In this document: piece by piece, positions 12,320-23,849 of the stretch | How the letters are laid out: each line of letters begins with the position of its first letter | Position numbering within the stretch: the stretch's first letter is position 1 | From: Vicugna vicugna | Taxonomy: Eukaryota | Direction: 5' to 3' | Length of the DNA stretch: 64,000 nt | Assembly (NCBI GenBank): GCA_013265495.1 | Contig: MU062417.1 | Coordinates: forward strand, 7,559,191-7,623,190 | The notes under the pieces: model-generated | What the model was told of the DNA's origin: nothing | The model's database searches: none | What the model saw: the letters and a program-made list of their open reading frames with translations, nothing else | Program-made: the position numbers and the translations under genes

Positions 12320-12500
12320 CTATGTCTTATTACCTGGGTTCAGATCCGGCCTTCTCTGCTTCTTAGCTGGGCGACTGTGGACACGTTACTGAACCTTACT
12401 GTGCTGCAGTGTTGTCATGGTTAAACCAGGATAAAGTGGTCCCTTCCTCACAGGATTGTCTGGATGATGAACAGGGTATACGTGTGAGAGACTGACACAA
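12320..12500 (+). mobile_element. MIR SINE
   Basis: cctgggttcagatccggcc...ttagctgggcgactgtggacacgttactgaacctt.ctgtgctgcagt...cctcacaggattgt. Confidence 0.78.
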
Positions 12501-12829
12501 GACGAGGGCTCTGTAAATCTCTCTGTGGTCTGCTTATATTAAGAGCTGGACTCGAGTTCTGTAGTCACTGTGGCTGCCAGAGCCAGCCAGCTTCTGTGAC
12601 CCATAGGGAGGTCCTGGCTGGGAGAGCCCAGCAGGGGAGACGGAGGTGCACTTTGCCAAGGATGCCTGAGATGTTAGGTCTGCATCTTCCTCTGCTCACC
12701 ATCATTCCCACCTCTTGCAGATTGCAGATGCCCCAGGTGGAAAGACAAATCCTGGCAGAGCCCTCCTCCTCCTGGGTGGCAGAGCTGGTCGGAACCAGCG
12801 GCTGTGTGTCTCAGAGATCTCTCGTAGGC

Positions 12830-12988
12830 TGGTGGTTCTCAAACTTGACGGGAAGGGGCTGTTACAAATGCAGATTCTGGGGATACATCTTCTTGGTCTC
12901 CAGTGATTCCAAGGGGACACGGCATTCCGCATTTTCAAACACACTCCCCCGGTGATTCTGAAGTCGGTGTCTCACTTGAGAAACATTG
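12830..12988 (+). mobile_element. MER5A-like hAT-Charlie element
   Basis: gtggttctcaaactt...tgttacaaatgcagattctggg...ttcaaacacactcccccggtgattctga...cacttgagaaacattg. Confidence 0.8.
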
Positions 12989-13704
12989 ACCCAGAAAGTG
13001 TTTTCATTTTTAAAGATGAGAGAACATGGTGAGGGGTGGTGAGGCTAGGAGCTGGGCGGCCTGATGGCCTGACAAGGACCTGGATTATGAAAGGGAGGCC
13101 TCAGGAAGGCCACAGTCCCTCGAGTCAGTGTCCGAACTTCTTTATTTCTCCAGTACTCTGCCCTCAAGTCCTTTCAGCCTTTTCATTTAAGATTCCAACT
13201 CTCTAATTTGACCATCAGAAGTAAATCCTGGAGGATCATTCTGTGAACCATTTTTTAAAAGGATCTTGAGGTATTTACTCTAATGAGTAGTGGCGTTTCT
13301 GCCCACCTGGCGAGAATCAGAGAAGGATGGAGGGCGAGGTGAGGGGAAGGCCCTGGTGCCTGTGCGATGCCGCTGTAGGGGCGTGCGTGGACCCTTCCCT
13401 CTGCCATCTGCCACCCCCACCCACACTGAGTGTGTGGCAGGAAACCGGAGGAAAATGCTGGGTACTGGGATCCTGCATGTACGTGCCACCACATCACCAA
13501 ATGTGCTTTTATATTATTTTTAAACAAACTTCACAGTGAGAAGATAAATTTCACTCCCTAACCCCCTGCCAGCAAACCCACTCTGAACACTGCCTGCACC
13601 TGCCAATCAATATTCCCAGGCTGTGCAATCACTCATTTATGGGAGTTCTGTGCAGAGGCAGCTGGATACCAGCCTCCCTCCTTATTATATTAAATAATGT
13701 GAAT

Positions 13705-13905
13705 GATAATGATATCTCCCACTTCTTACAGTGTGTCAGATACTATGCCAAAAGCAGTCTCTATGTAATTTCTCATTTAATCCACACAAAAGCCTATGGG
13801 AAGAGTAGCAGTATTACCATTTTATGAATGCAACACTGAGGCTTCGTGAGGTTAAGTCATTAGTCCAAGATTACACTGCTAGTAAGTGGTTCAGGCTGGG
13901 CCCAA
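13705..13905 (-). mobile_element. MIR SINE
   Basis: ctcatttaatccacacaaaagcctatg...ccattttatgaatgcaacactgaggcttcgtgaggttaagtcattagtccaagattacac.gctagtaagtgg. Confidence 0.85.
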
Positions 13906-15019
13906 GGGAAGACCCCCCTGCCGCCCCGGACTCCTGGGCCCGTATTCTTGGCCAGCATGTTCTACTGTATCTTGCAAAAGCTCAGTCTTCCCTTTGCAAC
14001 CTGAACTGCCCACTCCTGCCCTCATGGGGTGGGGGTGGAAAAGATGGGTTTGGTGCTTGTGGCCCATCATTGTTTCTCTTGTCAGTGACATTTCTTCCAT
14101 ATTTGGAAACTGCAGCTGACTTTCAGGGCTAGAAATGGAGACAAGAGAGGAGAGAAAGAAGCAGACTCGTATTTGTACAGAGTGAGGGATCTGGAAAGGT
14201 GGAGAGAAAGCTACAGGCTTGGACCCAGTTGCCAAGAGAATGGCCATTTCTGTTTCCCACCAAGTTTCATCTGATGTTAGCCATTAGGTGAAGGGGCTCT
14301 GGGAGCACTGAAATGTGAGGGAAGATGGAAATGGAAAGATGGAAAATTTGAACTTTGCAGAACTAGGCATTTTTTGGTGTTTCCATGTGCCTTTTTGGTG
14401 AAATCCGGCTCCCAAGTAGATAGCAGGCTGCAGATACTAACTCCCTCCTCTGATCCTGGGGGTCACTCCTCCTGAGGTTTATTTCAATCTGTTTCACCCA
14501 CGAGAGCAGAGCCCCTGCTCCTTAAAAGACTGGATCTGGCTCTGCCCTGCGATAAACGTCAATGATGTTGAGCCATCTGTCTTGCTTTGGTATTTGGTGG
14601 TGATTCCTTTCCCACCGTATCCTTTTCATCTCACCAGCACCAGTTTACCAGCCACCACCCTTCCCAGGGTCTGCCTGGGGAGGGGAGGAGTCAGAGATGG
14701 ATTCTCAAGGGGCTGGACAGCAAAACTGCCAGATGGATTTGCTCCTCCTTCCCCTTCTGTTCCTCATGCCCCGGGTCTCCAGCTGGGTGTGAAGCAGCTC
14801 ATAATCCCCTGGTGAGGGAGGACTTGAAGGATTTCTCCCCTGGCCATCCTCTTGCCACATTCAGTCATCACTCCAGCATGGGAGATCCTAACAGAACTCA
14901 GAAATGTATTTATTAGCTCCGATCTGTGAAGCCTGGAAACCCAGTGGGACCAGAACATCAGTCTCGCAGCTGGTTTCCTGCTTCTGCTCTTGCCTTCCAC
15001 TGCGGGTTTCGCACAAAGC

Positions 15020-15575
15020 AAACAGAGTGTCCTTTTAAACCTTCAGTCAGGTCACACCCCTCTCTGTTCTAAACCAGCCAGGGTTTCCTTCTCACTCAGA
15101 ATAAAATCGAAACCTCCCAAGGCAATTTGGCCCACTGACACTCCTCAAATATCCTCTCTGTCTTCCCTCACTCCTTCCCCACCAGCCACATTCCCTTCCT
15201 CCCTCCCTCCCCTCCAGCCACATTAGTCTCTTTGCTGTGACACAAAGAAGCAGAGATAATCCTGCCTCAAGTCTTCACAATTGCTCTTTTCTCTGCCTGG
15301 ATCTCCTCTCCAGCCATCCATATGGTTTGCTGTCTCACTTTCTTCAAGTATTCCTTCAAGATATTATCAGTAAGACCATCTGTAATTACCCTAAATATAA
15401 TATCACCCACTCCTGTGACTCTTCGCACCTTTAACTATTATTCGTTTTCTCTATAGCATGTACAGCCAGGTCTATTACACATTTGTTTATTGATTGTCCC
15501 CAACTAGACTGTAACCAGGGACATTGTTTCTATCAGCATTGCTTGGCACATAGTAAGTGTGTTTTTGAAATGTTG
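15020..15575 (+). mobile_element. L2 (L2a-type) LINE 3' region
   Basis: ttttaaaccttcagtcaggtcac...ctcactcagaataaaatc...ccagccaca...cctgcctcaagtctt...actagactgtaacc.gggac...ttggcacatagtaagtgtg. Confidence 0.88.
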
Positions 15576-15576
15576 G

Positions 15577-15760
15577 CCCCTGTGCACCGATATTGAATTG
15601 AGTCTTGGAGACAGAGTTTTGGGTGAAGTAGAAAAGAAACAGCTTTGATTGCTTTGTCAGACAAAGAGGACCACAGTAGGCTAGCGCCTTTAGAACTTTG
15701 TGTCCACCAGGGAGAAGGTATGGGGAAGTTTTATGGGAAGGGTCTGGGGTGCCAGGGTGT
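15577..15760 (-). mobile_element. ERV-type LTR fragment (laurasiatherian), family not assigned
   Basis: ggagacagagttttgggtgaagtagaaaagaaacagctttgattgctttgtcagacaaagaggaccacag resembles the antisense U5/R end of ERV1-class LTRs I recall from ungulate/carnivore genomes. Orientation inferred from a degenerate polyA signal. Confidence 0.55.
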
Positions 15761-15764
15761 CAAA

Positions 15765-16025
15765 CAGAGAACGACACATACTGTATGTTATCACTTCTAT
15801 ATGAAATGTAAAAAACAGAAGAGACTAGTGTGTATAATGAACAAAGAAACAGACTCATAGATATGGAGAACAAACTTGTGGTTACCAGTGGGGAGAAGGA
15901 AGGGGGAGGGGCACGACAGGGGAAGGGGACTAAGAGGTATGAACAACTATGTATACAGTGAGCTACAAGGATATATTGTACAACACAGGGAATATAGCCA
16001 ATGTTTTATAATCACTGTAAAAAAG
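15765..16025 (+). mobile_element. L1 3' end fragment
   Basis: acatactgtatgttatcactt.tatatgaaatgtaaaaaa...aaacagactcatagatatggagaacaaacttgtggttaccagtggggag...atattgtacaacacagggaatatagccaat. Confidence 0.92.
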
Positions 16026-17169
16026 TTAAAGATGATCAGACATTTCTCCAGCACAGGGTGGGTGCCTTTTCCCAGAAAGGAAGATAGTTTTATCCTTGAT
16101 GTGTCTCTGTTTTTCCTTCACTCCTTCACTGCCGTCTTGTTCTTCAACCCATTGCAGTCTGGGGTCTGTCTGGATCACCCCAATGCAATGTCATTTTTGC
16201 CTTGGTCAGTCTCTAGCTGTGGGTGAAATCCTAGAGCTGCTGTGGTTTTTCTCTGCAGTGGCCAGATCCTAGCTAGTGCTGCTGCGGGCGTGTGTGCTGA
16301 CCATCCCTGTTCCAGTGGCTCACCCGGATGGCCGGGGGGTGGGGGGGTACTGCCCGGGGCACAGCCTCTTTCTCCTCTTCCCTCCCTCCATGCAGTCCCG
16401 GGCAGGGAGCAAGAAGAAACTCCCTTGTCTTAGCTGTCAGAAGGGTACGAAGTTAACTGCCTTGATTCAAGGGGGAAATGGAGTTGATTGACAGATGAGA
16501 GAGAGCTGCTACTCATCTACCCACCAGAAAGATATTATATGGCTTTAAGCAGTGTTGAGGAGCATGAGAAGGTAATAAACTAGGTGTATAAGCTCAGTTC
16601 TCAAGGGAGGGAGAACCACTGCCAAATCCACACGCAGATTGTTTTGTTTTTTTTTTTTTGGCCCTGTGTGCATGCCATGCTTAAAAAAGTTAATACAAAG
16701 GAAAGATTATAAAGAAGAAAGAGACCCGTCAGCTACGGGAGCCTCTTTATTTGCTCTCCTGTCATGGTACTCTCTCCATCCAATGGCATGTCAACACTGA
16801 AGGGGTGACTGACTGAATGGCAGAGCAAAGGAGGGTCGGATGGATTATTAAGTGAATCTGCAGTGTCCTCAGTGTTGCCATAGTTTTTTGTTGGATAGAA
16901 ATCCATCCATCTACCTCCTTAAAAAGTGAAGTTGCTGCTTGATGTTTGAGAGTGCTAGATGGTATGTCAGAGCCCTTTTCCACCTTGCTGTGCTGGGTCA
17001 CCTGGGACAAGTGATGTCCTGTGAGTTTGCATCCTCCATCACTCTTAGTACACAACTGGGTACACTGCAGGTGCCACCATCCTTGGGAAATGGCTGAACT
17101 CCCTCAGGGCCAGCTCCCAGCACAAGAGCCAGGGAGATGGGGCAGATGGTGGGTGTGCAGGGCAGACAG

Positions 17170-17335
17170 GAGGTGTCTGGCATGGAGTGGGAACACCAGA
17201 GTGTGAAGGCAAGAAAAGTCTGGCTGGAGCCATCCTGCCAGTTCTTTAGAACTACAATTAGGGATTTGGTCTTGGTGCTGAAGGCAGTGGGATGACGAAG
17301 AGGTTTTGCGCAGGAGGGTGACAAAACGAGGGAGT
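17170..17335 (-). mobile_element. L2 fragment
   Basis: ggagccatcctgcca...tagggatttggtcttggtgctgaaggcagtgggat.acgaagaggttttgcgcaggagggtgaca resembles antisense L2. Confidence 0.55.
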
Positions 17336-19557
17336 AAATTAACAACAGTGTCTTGAGGTGGACGGTCAGGCAGAAGGAGGATAAATCGATGCTGGAAGGA
17401 GACGTGCTGGGCCGGACCTCAGGCTTCCTCGCTTCACCCCCTTCCTGGTGTTACCAGTCTCCTTGAGCCAACTGCAGCAGCTGGCAGGACCCGCCCTCCC
17501 AAACCTACAGGCAGCAGCTCCTGCCTTCACTTTGGGCAGAGGACTACCCGAAATTCTTTTCCTGGATGGCTTCTCTCTCTCCTTCCTTGCCTGCGGTTTT
17601 AAGACCTGTCCTGATAACTGCAGCCTGGTTGGCTATGAACTTTCTAGAAGGCAGGCAAGCTGGATCTGAAGTGGCTCCCTGAACCACAGTCTCGCAGCTG
17701 CTATAGAGCCAGGCCGCCCAGCGCTGGTGCCCAGGGACAGCCTGCGGGGAGATCCCCTCTGACGGACAGCCGCCGTAATGACTCGGAATGAGGCAACTCC
17801 ACCAACAACTGCAAAAGAGACCGCATCGCTCTTTGAGCCCATAGTTCGTCTGCTGTAAAAATGACTGCGTTGGTTGTACTACATGTTTCCTCTCTGAACA
17901 ATGCCTGTACCGGATCAACTTAAATATGCGAGGAATGGAGCACTCTGAGAAGGAAACAACCCAGCGCCTGTTTGTGGGTTTGAAAAATCGAGGTGGCCCA
18001 GCACCCACTCTTTAGGGGCTGGTTCTCTACTCTCTGACTGTTGTATGTCTGCGTTGCCACAAAGAACTTGACTCCGTCTTTTCCTATCATTTTTGGGTGG
18101 CGAAGGCCTGCAGGGGTTAAGTGATAACTGGAAACCAGCAACAGTGACCTCAGGGAACAGATGGATTTGCTCCTGTCCCTGAAGAGTGGGCTTTGGAGGG
18201 AGATGTCGTCCTAGAAACGGCTCCAGGTTAGGTCAGTCTGAGTTCTGTTTCTTCTGAAACTCCAAGCCAGGGATGGTGCTGCTTCCTCAGGAAAACAGTC
18301 AGGTGGCCAGACATTACATTTCTTCCTTGAAAGTCATTCACGTGCCGCTTATCCGAACTGTAGGACACTCAGGAGGCTGGCTGATTGCAGAGGCTCCATC
18401 TCAGGGTGGGAGGAGTAACCAGGCCTCGTTTTCTGATGAACACGGATGAAGTTGCAATTTGCTGTTTCCAATCAACAGCATCGGCCGACATCAGCAAAGG
18501 TCACCCACTCACTGCATTTCTTAAGACAAATCTGAGATCTGTTCATATTTCAGTCCTCAGGGGCAGTTTTCTGCCCTTTCCCGCTGTGCCCCTTGCTCAT
18601 AGGATGATCTCAGATGAATCTGGATTGGGCTTTAATTTTGCTTTGGTTGCACATAAAGTAGTTGCTTTTGAAACAATACACTCATGATTAAAAAAAAAAA
18701 CCGCTGCAGCTAAAAATGTTTAAATCAAGAAGCATCCCAAATAAAGGACTTGGCAAAACACATCAGATATGACAAACATCTTGCTGGCAGAATGTATAAT
18801 AAATATCAAAAGACTAAACTACACATGAGGCACCCCGAAGCCCTGGAGTTTGCTGGGTACCATTTGCCCAAGATGTTTTTACATCTCCATGTAATTGCAG
18901 CTAATCATATAAATTCTTTGTTTCAGTTTGAAAGCTGTTCAGGTTGACACCTCCACTTGTGTTGATTATTTTTCTCCCATCTTCTGATCTCCTTCTGCTT
19001 TGTCTTTTTTTAAAAAATAAATTATTGGCAGAGCATGGGCTTGGGGGATTTGATTCTATTTAATTCTTCCCTCCCCACCTTCTTCTCATTTTTCTACATT
19101 TATTTCCAGCAACTCTAGGTCTTAAATTTCAGGTCCACCTCAGATTCTCTCAATAAATCCTTCTTACTTTAATTTTTACCTGTTGTACAGGATCCCTCTT
19201 CCTCCCTCCTTTTTTTCTCCCCCCTTTCTTTCTTATTTCCTTCACTGGATTTTCTCTGCTTTATAGGGTGGTTATCAGCTATACACTCCAAGGGGTCACA
19301 GATGGATTGTTCTCGGCTAGGGGTCACGGCTAGGTGTCATGCCATCAGTTTCCCCTCTTGGAGGAGAAAGGCTTACACCGAAACTGGGACTGTTCCTCCC
19401 CCTTTTCATTGCTTTCCCTGACCAACTGACCACATCAGGCTGGGCAACAGGAAGGGTGAACAACGGCCATGGTTGGTATCCTCTCCCTCCTCACAGCAGG
19501 GGAGCTGTACACAGGGATTGTGAAGTTTGGGGGTGGACAGAGGTGATCCCTGAGAGT

Positions 19558-19719
19558 NNNNNNNNNNNNNNNNNNNNNNNNNNNNNNNNNNNNNNNNNNN
19601 NNNNNNNNNNNNNNNNNNNNNNNNNNNNNNNNNNNNNNNNNNNNNNNNNNNNNNNNNNNNNNNNNNNNNNNNNNNNNNNNNNNNNNNNNNNNNNNNNNNN
19701 NNNNNNNNNNNNNNNNNNN
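19558..19719. other. Assembly gap (162 N)
   Basis: N-run. Confidence 0.99.
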
Positions 19720-19941
19720 AAAAGGCCCCAGAGAGCTAGCATGTCCCCCCTCCCCCAGCCGTGTGAGGGTGCAGGGAGAGCATGGCTGTCAGTGAGGAAG
19801 AATGTTCTCACCAGACACCAAATGTGCCGGTGCTTTGACCATGGACTCCCCGGCCTCCAGACTGTGAGGAAGAAACTGCTGTTGTTTATAAGCTACCAGG
19901 TTAGGGTATTTTTATAATAGCGGCCTGAGTGGACTAAGACA
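19720..19941 (+). mobile_element. MLT1A/MLT1A0 MaLR LTR, 3' part (5' part probably inside the gap)
   Basis: aggccccagagagct...ctcaccagacaccaaat.tgccggtgctttga...gcctccagactgtgag...ctgttgtttataagc.acc...tggactaagaca. Confidence 0.88.
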
Positions 19942-21469
19942 GATGGACAGCAGTGTTTGGGAGACAGGAAGGGCAGGAGCAGGATGATGCTAGGCTAGCA
20001 GGGGCTTTGCTCACTCATCCTTCCTTCAGCATCTCTGTGCCTGGAGTGGACAGAGTCAGAGGCAACAGCAGACACCAGGCAGAGCTGTCCTTCCTCTCGG
20101 ACCTCACGACCCTCTGACTCACTGCTGCCTTGAAGCTTCAGTGTCGGTCTTAACTGGGCATGATCCCAAGGTTGAGAGCTAGTGATTTTTACACCCCTAG
20201 ATCCCAGAAAGGCCACCAGGATCTTGGCGTAGCATCATTTTAGAATATTTTCCCTTTAGCAATATTTCAATTTATTTGATACCCTGCCCCCATTAACATT
20301 TCTAATGTTAAAACAATAGGGCATCAATTTCCATCCAAAACTCACTAGCTTCTTGCTTCCTGTGATCATAGATTGCACTTTTTCTGACTGCTCAGCCCAC
20401 ACCGAGGGTGAACACTGCTGCTTGCTCTCTTTGAATTTCCAGCACTTAGGAAGAGGCAAAACCACGCGGCTGGAGCTCAAGAAATACTTCCCAGCATTTA
20501 CTATAGGTTGATGGTGCTTTTCCCCACTATGTGAATATGCTTTGCTTCCCACCTGGATTGTAGCTGTTGGAGGACATTGCACACATCCCACCACAGAGTG
20601 TGCTGCTCTTTGCATGAAGGAGGTGCTCATCACGGACCTGTTTTGATGGTAAACTACCAATATTTTAATGAATCCTTTCTCGGTGCCAGAAAATGTTGTG
20701 GATGCATAGGATGCAAACGTAAAAAAAAAAAAAAAAGGCACTGTCCTCTAGGAGGTCATAATATACGTAGTAATAATAACATATCCCTGGGGTCTGGCAG
20801 AGAGATGCACCCAATTCAAACAGCTGTTGATTTAATCACCACGATGCTGACCCGATTTCAGAAGTACCTGGGTTTTGTTAGCCGATCACAAGACAGGATT
20901 AAGGTAAGACAGGGATTGAGTTAATTATCTTTGGAGTGCCCCGAGTTTTTCAGTTTTTTTGTTTGTTTGTTTGTTTGTCAATGAACTGCATTGCTGTATT
21001 GCTTCTCATTTAATAATTTCCCCAATATAAATTCAAACCAACCATCAGCACAGGCTCCCTCCTGGGCATTGGGCAGAGAGAGCGGACGTGCTGGAGACAG
21101 TACGAGGTCTCGGGGACTCACGACTGGGACTCACACCAACACTGCTTCACCCCTCCTGAGTGGCTGATCTGGAAAGTGCAAGAACAGAGATAAAAACCAA
21201 GTGTTCCTGGAATGATTAATTTTGACTGCACCGATTCTGGCAGGCTTCACAAACAAATTGACATTTGAGTTGAACCTTGATACGGGATTTTGACAAGCAG
21301 AGACTGGAGGAAAGCCCAACTCAGACAGGTGAAGCTGCCTAAGCAAAGGCAGCAAGTGTGAAAGTTTCTGCCTCCGTCTGGGAGAGGCACAGTAGTTGGG
21401 TGTGGTTGGAATATAGATTCTCCAGGGCTGCGAATGCCCCCAGGCAAGGGTGGCCCTGGCATTTTCGAG

Positions 21470-21715
21470 GTCAAATTAGGCCCTTGGCAAAGTTTTGTTT
21501 GGCTCAATAAAAGAGTTTAAATTTTTTTGAGTTGCTGCCAAACATTGAAAAATCGGGAGATTTCACATACACGTTCCGATCTCAGGCTTCTCTTAAAAAC
21601 AGTCTAGCAATGCTGTTCCGGCATTTCCTCAAGGCGACAAGTGGCAGAACTTGAGTGATGGCTGTTCTTTTTAGAGAGGCAAGTGGAGTTCTTCAACTTG
21701 CTACCACCCCCCGGC
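21470..21715 (-). mobile_element. MER102-like hAT-Charlie fossil
   Basis: gttgctgccaaacattgaaaaatcgggagatttcacata...ggcttctcttaaaaa...ggcagaacttgagtgatggctg...tttagagaggcaagtg is the reverse complement of the MER102 body. Confidence 0.72.
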
Positions 21716-22749
21716 TAACTGGCCGCTGTCAAATGGCACAGGCAGGTATCCGAGTTTGTACCCTCTGACCTGAAAGCGTTCTTCCTCACTGCTGCATGCT
21801 GGCAGAGCTGTGTCTGTTTCAGGGAGCTTCGTACAGTGGGTGACTCATATACATCTGGATGGCTTTTGGGAATTGGCAGACTCTTCAAGGCAGGAAGAGT
21901 GTCGGGGGGGGTCATCGCAGATGCTGCTCCGAGGAATCTTGTTTGTCTAATGAGATCCTAGGCTGGCACACCTGGTGGATTTTTAGAGGCAGGGGATAAT
22001 GACCCTCACAGTTTAAAAGATCTCTTTCCATGGCAACCCACAATGCTTTTGTCAATCTGAGAGCTTGTTAGCCTCCTGTCTCTGGTTTATCTTTCCCTGA
22101 TAAGTGAATTTTCTTTTCTTCTGGAATGCAAGCTGGCAGTGAGCCAACAAGAATTGGCATTCATTTTCAGAACAAAGGAGGAAACATATCTCTTTTTCTC
22201 TTTGGTTTCCTTTGTTCAGCCCTTATGCCAATCAGATGTTCATACTTTTTGGACCTTTGTGAGCTAACTTTTCCTTTCCGTTTTGCTCATGGAAAAGTGC
22301 ACTTTGGGTACAGTGGTGCCTCGTATTTATGCTGGACTTTGGACATCAAGGCACGTGAACACCCCCAAATGCAAGCACACGGTGATACGGACACAAAATG
22401 CAGGTGTTTGTGTAGTCTGCACGCAGGCATATCTGTGAGCTCTTGCTCGTATACAAACACGCTGAGCCTGAGGCCTATTAAGAGTGAGAGGTTTCTAACT
22501 GACAAAACCTTCTTTTTAGAAGAATAAAATAGAGGGTTACTGAGTCGATGAGCTAATCTGTCTAATCAGATGCCTCAGAGCAAAATGCATAAAATTTGCA
22601 TGAATTATCTTTACACGCGAAGAATAGGACACAGGAAGGAAGAACTCCAGGTAATTTGCATTTTGATGGGGGTGGGGGAGTCTTGGGGGCTACAATCCAG
22701 AAGGTCCTTTCTGCTTTTGTGTTTTGGAACTTTACTCAGGAGGAGCTGC

Positions 22750-23520
22750 AGGGTTCTGCCTCTTGTCAGCAAAGACGGCCCTTGTATCCTTGGCTTTGCA
22801 AGCAGTTCGTCCAAGTCTTGTCTGCGGACTGCCGGTGAAGCAGCCATCTAGCCCAGCCGGAGGAAGCCTCGTTAGGGCAGTGCCAGGCGACGGGGATAAT
22901 CCGTCTCAGCCCTGGCCTCTCGCGGGCTGGAAGGGCTGTTGCCTCCTGGCCTCTAGGTGGCACTGTTGTACTTATTGTAAGAAGCACTTCACTTTGTAGC
23001 TACACCCCAGCTATTTAAGATGGAGGGGGAAGAAAAAGAGAAAAAGAAAAGCATAAAATACAACTCCTTCTTCCTACCGCTCCCCTCCACAACTCCCCAC
23101 CTCCCAACATCACAGTCCTCTCCACCTAGGCACAACTGCTCCGTGCAGCCCAAAGGACTTTACATGTTGTTTAACCTCATATGATTTATTTAAAATCAGT
23201 GGTTCTTTTGGTTCCTTTGCTATGTGTGCACATATTAAGCTCAGGGATAATTCATTTGAGAGCTTAACTGCCCAAGATAGTACATGCCTCTCTCCATTTT
23301 AACTCCCCCACCCCTATCCTAACCCTCCCAATTCCTCCCTTCCTTGTTGCTGCTAATAGTCACACGGTGATGGGGGTGCTATTGGAAAAGGGCGGTGGTA
23401 GATTCGCTCCTTGGACCGCGAGACACCGGTCAGTAGTGGAAGTCGGGGCGGAAAGGAGCAGGTCGGTGGTGATGTGAGGGGGCAGAAAGGCGGAAGGGTG
23501 GGTGGGAGGAAAGCTGAATG
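22750..23520. promoter_or_regulatory. CpG-enriched promoter/enhancer-like block
   Basis: About 11 CpG in 22750-22925 and about 10 in 23355-23495 (hand count), outside repeats. GC boxes (gggcggtgg ~23390, ggggcgga ~23445) and a reverse CCAAT (attgg ~23381). Confidence 0.5.
22947..22965 (+). promoter_or_regulatory. CTCF-binding motif
   Basis: TGGCCTCTAGGTGGCACTG versus consensus TGGCCACCAGGGGGCGCTA; nearly all differences fall at tolerated positions. Motif match only; no binding data. Confidence 0.65.
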
Positions 23521-23849
23521 CCTCTCCCCTTCCACTCGTTCTGGAAGTCTAGAAAACCCATTTCCTCCCAGGCTGACAGGTGTGGGCCAAGTATGAGAAT
23601 TGCATTCGGATACCTAGTGAGAGGTAGTGAAGTTGAGGTGGAGGAGGGAGAGCTCCTTCACTGAGATCGCCTCAGTTTGCCTAGTGCTGAGACGGGACAC
23701 TCTACTGACCCCTTAGGTGAAGACTTGAGGGCAACCGTACAGGTGTTTGCAAAAAATATGATAGGCATTTCTGGAAATGGGGGTCTTATCCTCACAACAT
23801 CATAGCATATATAGTACGCGGACTAACTCTGACAACATCATAGTGTGTA

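Noticed and set aside
17735-17775. REST/RE1 element
   Set aside because: Only right half-sites (GGACAGC) are present. The left half GTGGTGCTGAA near 37415 is also isolated, so there is no complete RE1.
19339-19917. ORFs spanning N-runs (also 28726-29109 and 56905-57214)
   Set aside because: Their length is inflated by Ns read as X, and the frame across a gap is unknowable.
20256-20741. 161-aa minus-strand ORF in unique DNA
   Set aside because: Non-ATG start, no recognisable domain, and a length about equal to the longest stop-free run expected by chance in six frames of 64 kb (my rough estimate ~160 codons).
23011-23020. MEF2 site (ctatttaaga)
   Set aside because: Does not fit YTAWWWWTAR; better explained as an acceptor or TATA-like sequence.
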